Positions 56,562 through 64,000 of a stretch of DNA of 64,000 nt are shown piece by piece. The translations under genes were made by a program, and so were the position numbers. The DNA is from Sedimentisphaerales bacterium. Its GTDB lineage: Bacteria > Planctomycetota > Phycisphaerae > Sedimentisphaerales > Anaerobacaceae. The notes beneath the pieces are model-generated. The model searched no databases and was not told where the DNA came from. It was given only the letters and a program-made list of their open reading frames with translations. Each line of letters starts with the position of its first letter. Positions within the stretch are counted from its first letter, which is position 1. The stretch covers positions 1 through 64,000 of the forward strand of contig JBEKZW010000005.1 of the NCBI GenBank assembly GCA_049509475.1, read 5' to 3'.

Positions 56562-57647
56562 TTGGCAGATAGTGTGATAGCTCACATCGACGGCGGAAGC
56601 AGAGGGAATCCGGGACCTGCGGCGGCAGCGTTTGTGCTGACGGATTCACGCGGGAAACAATTGCAGGCCAAAGCTTTTTTTCTCGGTTCAGCGACCAATA
56701 ACTTTGCGGAATACACCGCTATTCACAAGGCGGTTGAGGCGGCCAAATCGCTCGGCGCGGCGCAAATCACCATTTACAGCGACAGCGAATTATTAGTCAG
56801 ACAGATAAACGGACAATATAAGGTAAAAAGCGAACAGATAAGACCGCTCTTCGCTCGGGCCGTCGAGATGCTCGCCGGATTCGAGAACTGGCAGGTCAGG
56901 CATGTTTTCAGGGAGGATAATAAACAGGCCGACGAACTTGTAAATCGCGCCCTCGATGGTAAAAAAGATGTCGAAATGAAGGTTGATAAGGCAAAAAAAG
57001 TAAAGCCCGTCCGCCTCGGCGTTTTAATAAGCGGCGGCGGCACCACGCTGATAAATCTGGTTGAGTGCATCAAGCAGGGTAAACTTGACGCCGAAGTGGC
57101 TGTCGTGATAAGCTCGCGTTCAACCGTCGCCGGCGTCGAAAGGGCTAAAGCCGCCGGCCTCAATGTCAAAATTATTCGCACAAAGGACCATCCTTATATA
57201 GATGAGTTCAGCCAGTGTATAGAACGGGAGTTGGTCGTCGCGAAGGTTGACCTTGTTGTGCAAGGGGGCTGGCTTTGCCTTTGGAAGATTCCGTCGCGTT
57301 TTAAGAACAGGGTGATGAACATACACCCGGCGCTTTTGCCGAGTTTTGGTGGGCAGGGAATGTGGGGACATCACGTTCACGAGGCGGTTTTGAAGGCCGG
57401 GTGCAAGGTCAGCGGCTGCACCGTGCATTTTTGCACGAACGAATACGACAGCGGGCCTGTTATCGTCCAGCGGTGCTGTCCCGTGAAAGATGACGACACG
57501 CCGGATACGCTGGCCGCAAGGGTGTTCGAGCAGGAGTGCGTCGCTTACCCGGAGGCAATTCAGCTATTCGCCGAAGGCAAATTGGTTGTGGAAGGGGGGC
57601 GGGTGAGAATATTATCGCAGGGTAAAACACGGGTGGTGCGGATATGA
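56562..57647 (+). CDS. purN: Bifunctional RNase H-like domain / phosphoribosylglycinamide formyltransferase (PurN) fusion protein
   Basis: N-terminal RNase H domain (HIDGGSRGNPGPAAAAFVL...YTAIHKAVEAA...IYSDSELLVRQ). C-terminal PurN (LGVLISGGGTTL...NIHPALLPSFGG...). TTG or GTG start after GGAGG. Confidence 0.75.
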   Translation: MADSVIAHIDGGSRGNPGPAAAAFVLTDSRGKQLQAKAFFLGSATNNFAEYTAIHKAVEAAKSLGAAQITIYSDSELLVRQINGQYKVKSEQIRPLFARAVEMLAGFENWQVRHVFREDNKQADELVNRALDGKKDVEMKVDKAKKVKPVRLGVLISGGGTTLINLVECIKQGKLDAEVAVVISSRSTVAGVERAKAAGLNVKIIRTKDHPYIDEFSQCIERELVVAKVDLVVQGGWLCLWKIPSRFKNRVMNIHPALLPSFGGQGMWGHHVHEAVLKAGCKVSGCTVHFCTNEYDSGPVIVQRCCPVKDDDTPDTLAARVFEQECVAYPEAIQLFAEGKLVVEGGRVRILSQGKTRVVRI

Positions 57648-58093
57648 CCAAACTACAGAGGCAGATTCTGGTGAATTTCGTTGTTGTGACGATAATTACC
57701 GGCGCTGCGGTTGTCGGGATGGTTGAGCTGAAAAATCAGGTTAACCGTTCCGAGGCGATGCGTGCGATGGAAAGTTTGGGGCAGGTGGTCAGCGCCTATA
57801 AGCAGAAGAACGGCTCGATACCGCCAGAATCGTATGTGGACGGGATTATAAAATCGTTCGAAGGGCAGCTCCGGCTCGGTGACCTGCATTACAGGGCGCA
57901 ATGGATAGCGTTCGATTCGCCGCCGGATACCATTCTTGCTTATGTAAGAAAGAACTATCATTCCCTGTTTTTCCGTCCCGGGGCGATTGTTCTTCGGTTT
58001 GATGGTCGTACCGAGTGGATTAACAAGGCAACTTTCGACAAGCTTATCGCGAGCCAGCAAATGCCGATGGAGCGGGAAATGGCGCCCAAATAA
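57644..58093 (+). CDS. Membrane-anchored hypothetical protein
   Basis: 149 aa with an N-terminal TM helix. 4-bp overlap with the upstream gene. Confidence 0.5.
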   Translation: MTKLQRQILVNFVVVTIITGAAVVGMVELKNQVNRSEAMRAMESLGQVVSAYKQKNGSIPPESYVDGIIKSFEGQLRLGDLHYRAQWIAFDSPPDTILAYVRKNYHSLFFRPGAIVLRFDGRTEWINKATFDKLIASQQMPMEREMAPK

Positions 58094-58112
58094 TCGCCTG
58101 TACGGTTTCGAT

Positions 58113-60617
58113 TTAGACGACCGCTTTTTCGTTCTTGGCCGGCTGAGGTGTTTCGAATCCCTCGAGTTTGAGGTGCTCCTCGTCCTGCACGTCGATTCTG
58201 ATTACGTTCTTGCCCTTGAATTCGCCTCGCAGCACTGCTTCTGCCAGCGGGTCTTCTATGTAGTGCTCGATGGCTCTTCGCAGCGGCCGCGCGCCGAATT
58301 CGGGGTTATAACCCTTTTCAATGACGAATTCCTTGGCCGCGTCGGTCAGTTCGAGCTTCAGGCCGTGCTCTGTCAGCCGTTTGAATACCTTGACAAGCTC
58401 GTAATCGACTATCGTTCTCAGGTTTTCCTTTGAGAGCGGCTTGAAAACAATTATGTCGTCGATGCGGTTGAGGAACTCAGGCCTGAAGTGACGCTCGACC
58501 TCTTTGTGGAGCATGTCCCTCATCTTCTCATAGTTTGCCTCGGGGGTCTTTTTGCCGAAGCCAAACCCGCTGTTGTTCTTAATCAGTTCGGCGCCGATGT
58601 TGCTTGTCATAATGACGACAACGTTCTTGAAGTCGATGATTCTGCCGAAGCTGTCGGTGAGACGCCCCTCGTCCATTATCTGCAGCAGGATATTGTAAAC
58701 GTCCGGATGCGCTTTTTCGATTTCATCGAGCAGCAGCACCGAGTACGGTCTGCGTCTGATTCTCTCGGTGAGCTGTCCGCCCTCTTCGTAGCCAACGTAT
58801 CCCGGAGGAGCGCCGACAAGCCGGCTGACATTGTGCTTTTCCATGAACTCGCTCATATCCAGCCGGACAAGGGCGTTTCTGTCGCTAAACATAAATTCCG
58901 CCAGTGCCTGCGCCAGCAGCGTTTTGCCCACGCCGCTGGGGCCTAAGAAAATAAAGCAGCCCATCGGGCGGTTGGGGTCTTTCATTCCGCTTCTGCTGCG
59001 GCGAACCGCCTTGGCGATTGCGGCAACCGCGTCATCCTGCGAAACGACCTGCTTGTGTATCTCGGCCTCAAGCTCGAGAAGCCGCTGTGTTTCCTTTTTC
59101 TCTAATCGCGTCAGCGGCACGCCTGTCATATTGCTTACGACCTCGGCGATTATCTCCGGGTCAACTATGCCTGTTGTCTCCTTATTCTCATCGTACCAGC
59201 TCTTCTGCATTTGCGTCTTTTCGTTGAGCAGCTGCTGGGCTTCGTCTCGCAGCGACGCTGCGCGTTCATAGTCGGCGTTGCGGACCGCCTCGTCCTTTTC
59301 ACGCTGGAGATTCTCTATTTTCTTCTCAAGCTCCGCCATATTTGGCGGGGGCGCCATATTTTTCAGCCTGACCCTCGCGCCCGCCTCATCGACAACGTCA
59401 ATTGCCTTGTCGGGCAGGCATCTGCCGGTGATATACCGCGTCGACAGCTCTACCGCCTGGAACAGCGCCTCATCGGTGAACTTGACCCTGTGGTGCGCCT
59501 CGTAGCGGTCCTGAAGTCCCCTGAGTATCTCGACCGTTTCTTCTTTTGAGGGCGGTTCGACGATAATGGTCTGGAATCTTCGCTCAAGTGCGCCGTCCTT
59601 CTCGATGTGCTTTCTGTATTCATCGAGGGTGGTTGCGCCTATGCACTGCACCTCGCCGCGGGCTAAAGCGGGCTTAAGAACATTCGATGCGTCGATTGCG
59701 CCTTCCGCTCCGCCCGCGCCGACCAGCGTGTGCAGCTCATCTATAAATAATATTACGCTTTTTGCTCTTCGCACCTCGTTGATTACGGCCTTTATTCGCT
59801 CCTCGAATTGTCCACGGTATTTTGTCCCCGCTACCATCATCGCAAGGTCGAGCACTACGATGCGCTTGTCCTTCAAAATCTCCGGCACCTGCTTATTGAT
59901 TATCTGCTGGCCCAGTCCTTCGACTATTGCGGTTTTGCCCACGCCCGCCTCGCCCAGCAGCACAGGATTGTTCTTTGTGCGTCTGCACAGTATCTGAATC
60001 AGGCGCTCTATCTCGCGTTTTCTGCCTATGACCGGGTCAAGCTCTCCGTCGATGGCTAATTGTGTCAGGTCCCTGCCGAAACTGTCGAGCGCCGGTGTTT
60101 TGCTCTTGGGTTTGCCTCCCATTGCCGCGGCAGGCCCGCCCATCTTCATATCAAGCCCGGTCGGCTCATTGGTATCGACGCCGGCCCCAAGCAGATTCAG
60201 CACTTCCTGGCGAACGTCCTCCAGCCGAAGACCAAGATTCATCATTACCTGTGCCGCGATGCCTTCGGTCTCGCGCAGCAGGCCCAACAACAGGTGCTCT
60301 GTTCCGACATAATTATGATTCAGCGACCGAGCTTCCTCTATCGCGAATTCGATTACCTTCTTTGCCCTCGGCGTATGAGGCAGCTTGCCCATTGTGACCA
60401 TATCCGGGCCGCTCTTAACTAACTTCTCAACTTCCAGACGCAGTTTCTTTATATCCACGTCGAGATTTTTAAGAACGGTTGCGCCGACGCCGCTTCCTTC
60501 CTTGACCAGACCAAGAAGGATGTGCTCGGTCCCGATGTATTCGTGGTTGAAACGCTGCGCTTCCTGATTGGCAAGCGCCATTACCTTGCGTGCCCTGTCT
60601 GTAAATCGCTCAAACAT
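58113..60617 (-). CDS. clpC: ATP-dependent Clp protease ATP-binding subunit ClpC
   Basis: Two Clp-N repeats, two AAA+ modules ([16 protein letters not shown]), and a UVR-like coiled coil. 834 aa. Confidence 0.9.
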   Translation of the reverse strand: MFERFTDRARKVMALANQEAQRFNHEYIGTEHILLGLVKEGSGVGATVLKNLDVDIKKLRLEVEKLVKSGPDMVTMGKLPHTPRAKKVIEFAIEEARSLNHNYVGTEHLLLGLLRETEGIAAQVMMNLGLRLEDVRQEVLNLLGAGVDTNEPTGLDMKMGGPAAAMGGKPKSKTPALDSFGRDLTQLAIDGELDPVIGRKREIERLIQILCRRTKNNPVLLGEAGVGKTAIVEGLGQQIINKQVPEILKDKRIVVLDLAMMVAGTKYRGQFEERIKAVINEVRRAKSVILFIDELHTLVGAGGAEGAIDASNVLKPALARGEVQCIGATTLDEYRKHIEKDGALERRFQTIIVEPPSKEETVEILRGLQDRYEAHHRVKFTDEALFQAVELSTRYITGRCLPDKAIDVVDEAGARVRLKNMAPPPNMAELEKKIENLQREKDEAVRNADYERAASLRDEAQQLLNEKTQMQKSWYDENKETTGIVDPEIIAEVVSNMTGVPLTRLEKKETQRLLELEAEIHKQVVSQDDAVAAIAKAVRRSRSGMKDPNRPMGCFIFLGPSGVGKTLLAQALAEFMFSDRNALVRLDMSEFMEKHNVSRLVGAPPGYVGYEEGGQLTERIRRRPYSVLLLDEIEKAHPDVYNILLQIMDEGRLTDSFGRIIDFKNVVVIMTSNIGAELIKNNSGFGFGKKTPEANYEKMRDMLHKEVERHFRPEFLNRIDDIIVFKPLSKENLRTIVDYELVKVFKRLTEHGLKLELTDAAKEFVIEKGYNPEFGARPLRRAIEHYIEDPLAEAVLRGEFKGKNVIRIDVQDEEHLKLEGFETPQPAKNEKAVV

Positions 60618-61210
60618 TTTTTACCTCGAGTTAGCAGTATTCAAAGTTTGTTCAAACGCCTTAACCCTTGTGTTCTCCGCAGTTGCTATTCTACCCTGTT
60701 TGCTCGTCCTGTCAACGATTACCGAATGTTGCACAGGACTTTCCTTATATTTATATTGCCGTTTGGCCTTTGATGTTCATTTATCAGACCATAAGCCGGA
60801 CACCCTGCCTTGATATCGGCCAAAACAGGGTTTGACTTTTTCATAAAAGAACGCGAAAAACCCTATTCTTGCATAAAAAAATGCCAAGTCCCAAAACATT
60901 ATTTATCTGCTTGCCACGGCGTCCTGTCCGGCGTAGCTCTTAGCGAACTCGGAAGCCCTTAGACGAAGCCGGATCCTCATTCCCAAATCGCCGTTTACCA
61001 TCCCATTTTGACAGTGCGAAATATCTGCTAAGTGATTCGGCCCATCCGATTAAGTAATTCCCCTATTTGCAATCCTATCATACTTAGCGGAAGATTATGC
61101 CGTTATCATCTTTAATATTTCTTAGCATTGAGTTTTTCGTTAGCAAATCGCGAGACTGCATCGCTAGACGAAGGTGAAAAGATAATAACACATTGTCTGA
61201 AAGGATCTCA

Positions 61211-64000
61211 AATGAAATTGCATGCATTTCTGACGGTTTCGTTAAGCATTCTGATATCAAATACTGTCGGATGGAGCCAGGCCGCGCCGGCGATTCAGCT
61301 CGACGTGGTGCCACTGGGTCCGCTGGTCGCCACGGGCGGCGGCCACTATGAGATAGCCCCGCTGATCACCAAAGATGGCAGCCGCGCCGTCGTTGTCGTC
61401 TCCAAAGGCAGCCGGGTGCAGGCGTATGTGGACGGCGTGCCCGGCCCCATCGTGCGCGACGTTCGCGCCCTGCAAGCGAACCCGACCAGCGGCTCGGGCT
61501 CCCCGGCCTTCAGTTCCGACCAGAAACGCGTCGCCTACATCGTCGGCCTCGACGGCGGCAAGCAGGCCGTCGTCGTCGATTCAACCCAAAGCCCCGCGTA
61601 CGACGGTGTCGCTTGGCTCGGCTTTGCCCCTGTCGGCCACCATTTCGCCTACATTGCCCAGCGCGCCGGCAAGTACTTCGTCGTCGATAACGGCCAGGCT
61701 GGTCTCATGTACGACGGCATCCAGCCCAACATGGCCACCTTCAGCCCCGATGGCGCCCACTGTGCTTACGTCGCCTTCGCCACGCCCACCACTACCCTCC
61801 CGCCTGCCCAGCAACACGGCCTGCAACCGCAGCGTTTCCGGGTCGTGCTCGATGGCAAGGAACAAAAACACTTCGAACCCGCGGGCAAGCTCACCTTCAG
61901 TAACGATGGCAAGCACTTTGCCTATCTGGCCGGCACCAACGGCCTTGCCCTCACCCGCGCCGTCATCGACGGCCAGGAAGGTCCCGTCTATGACCTCGTC
62001 AATCAGGTTATCTTCAGCGACGACGGTTCCCGCTCAGCCTACATAGCTACCAAGGATATGCAACACCTCGCCGTCGTCGACACCGGCAAGGAAGGCCCCG
62101 CATATAACGACATCAAGAACCTCGTCGTCAGCCATGACGGCCAACGTGTCGCCTACATTGGTGTGAATACCACCAGCGGCCAGATGCAATCCGTCGTTGT
62201 GGACAATGGAAAGCCCGGCATCCAGTACGTCATCTGTGAAAACCTGCAATTCAGCCCCGACGGCAAAACTCTAGTCTACACCGCCCATGCCGCGCACGGG
62301 GAGTTCCTGGTTTCCAACGGCGATGAGGCCGGCCCGTTCACCGCCGTCAATTCCAACATCGTCTTCAGCGAGGACAGCAAGCACTGGGCCGTCTGCGTCG
62401 ATCCGCCCACCGGCGGCCACGCCGTCGTTGAAGATGGCAAAACCATCCCGCTCAATCCCGCCGTCACCCCCGGCCCCCTCACATTCCAGCCAGGCACCGA
62501 CCGCCTGATCCTGCAAACCCGCAGCGCCTACAGCGGTGGCCCCGTCACCGTCGAAGTCGGTGCTCCTGCCGACTCTATCGGCATCGTCTCCACCCTCATC
62601 TACAGCCCCAACCTACAGCATTGCGTCAAAATCTCCACCGCCGGCTCTGGCACGTCTGAAGTCAAAGAGCAAATCGCTATCGACGGCCAGCCTGCATCGG
62701 GCAATAGCTACATGAACATCAACCACGTCGCCATCAGCGATGACGGCAAGCACGTCGCCTTCATCGGCACCTACTACGGCGGCGGAGCAGGTGCATCGAC
62801 CCACGCTATCTTCGACGGCAAGGAAGGCCCCGCTTACCAAGCGATCGACGATCTGCTCCTCAGCCCCGACGGCCAGCATGTCGCCTACGTTGCCGAAGAC
62901 CACATCAATCATGCCGGCAACTGGTTCGTCGTTCTCGACGGTCTCGCCAGCCCAGCTTTACAGGACATCCTCCCTCTCACCTCCTACCAGGACGGCGACC
63001 ACCGCCTCCGCTTCGCGCCCGATGGCTCGCTGCACTTCATGGCTCTCCTCAATGGCCAGTTGCATCGCTGCACCTACTCCGCCGGTGTTTTCAAATCCCT
63101 GCCATCGCTAGCCACCACCGAAGCCGCCAAGCCCGGCCTGCGCATACTGCACTCGTTCACCGGCACCGCCGTCCAAATGATCCTCGCCCCTGATGAAACC
63201 CTCTTTGGTATCAGCACTCGCGACGGAAAATTCAACAAAGGCACGCTCTTCCAAATGAAAACCGATGGTACCGGCTTTACCGTCCTGCATGACTTCTTCG
63301 GCGGCGATCTCGACGGCGAAAATCCGCTCTCTCTTCTGCGCAGCCCCGAAGGCACCCTCTTCGGCACCCTCGATCGCAAGGTCTTTCGCTACGATCCCAA
63401 ATCGCAACAATACTCCATCCTCAACATCAACACGCGAGATGTTCTTGGCGGCTATTTCGCTGGCTTTGCCGCCGATGGCGCCATCGTCGGCATCACCGGG
63501 GTTTTGAGCGGTGCCGGTAGCGTTTTCAGCATGATGCCCGACGGCAGCAACTATGTGTCTGTCGACAACAGCCAGTTCAGCAAGCCCCTGCGCATGTACA
63601 GCCAGATAGTCCCCGCTAAAGACGGATCGTTCTTCGCCGTCAGCTTTGCCAGCGGTAATTGCCTCGTGAAATTCAAGAAGATCACCGATGCCGCGAACAT
63701 AGTGCATAAGTTCGTCAACGCGCCCACCGACGGCACCAACCCCGAACCCGATCTGACTCCCGATAGCAAAGGCAATTTCTACGGCACCACCGTCCAAGGC
63801 GGGATGTCCCAGAAGGGCGTGATCTATAGAATTGACGCCGATGGCTCCAACTACCAGATCATCTACAACCCCGATCAGTTCACGTTCCCCAAAAGATTCG
63901 CCGTCGGCAACGATGGCACCCTCTACGCCGTCTCTCGCGAAGGTCTCTCAACGCTTGCCCCCGGCGCACCCCAGTCCACCATTGTTCTTCCCTTCCAAAA
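61211..64000 (+). CDS. Large secreted repeat protein (PD40/TolB-like repeats then GloVer-like repeats); 3' end outside window
   Basis: Hand translation of frame 2 from the ATG at 61211 is open to the window end. Signal peptide MKLHAFLTVSLSILISNTVGWSQA. Repeats of FSxDGK..AY.A...VVDGKEGP.YD. Later LHSFTG...GTLFGT... units. Local GC is clearly higher than the surroundings. Confidence 0.6.

Noticed and set aside
60618-61210. CtsR-type operator upstream of clpC
   Set aside because: Only a single GTCAAA half-site was seen (tttgac at about 60830). The tandem heptad repeat (GGTCAAA-NAN-GGTCAAA) was not found.
61375-62046. 223 aa Ala/Pro/Ser/Thr-rich ORF and several other plus and minus ORFs between 61.3 and 63.8 kb
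   Set aside because: These are off-frame products of the high-GC region. Frame 2 from 61211 gives a coherent repeat protein with a signal peptide, so they are spurious.

Overview
This 64 kb window looks like a bacterial chromosome segment of moderate GC, probably from the Planctomycetes-Verrucomicrobia-Chlamydiae (PVC) group, mixing housekeeping operons with several accessory inserts. The phylum guess rests on dockerin-like and GloVer-like repeats, many secreted low-complexity proteins, and ECF sigma plus VWA anti-sigma pairs. All calls are by eye from the six-frame translations; no searches were run. Housekeeping genes called: purM, purF, nagB, comM, iscS, a thiF/moeB-family E1, mnmA, tsaB, argB-argD-argF, rdgB, rpiB, clpC, an rnhA-purN fusion, and ABC-2 and AI-2E transporters. 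They are interspersed with low-GC single-gene inserts and several short dispersed repeat families. The most notable region (about 31.9-39.5 kb) is a repeat-flanked island carrying an HTH regulator, a standalone ABC-type ATPase, a GNAT-like protein, a ParB-like nuclease, a terminase-small-subunit-like protein and a phage terminase large subunit. It has no portal or capsid genes, so it is a degraded prophage, a satellite, or a domesticated packaging-derived module. Other oddities are a 3' repeat derived from a thioesterase C-terminus copied behind two unrelated genes, an in-frame repeat insertion inside tsaB, and a high-GC giant secreted repeat protein running off the window end. No rRNA, tRNA or CRISPR array was recognised.
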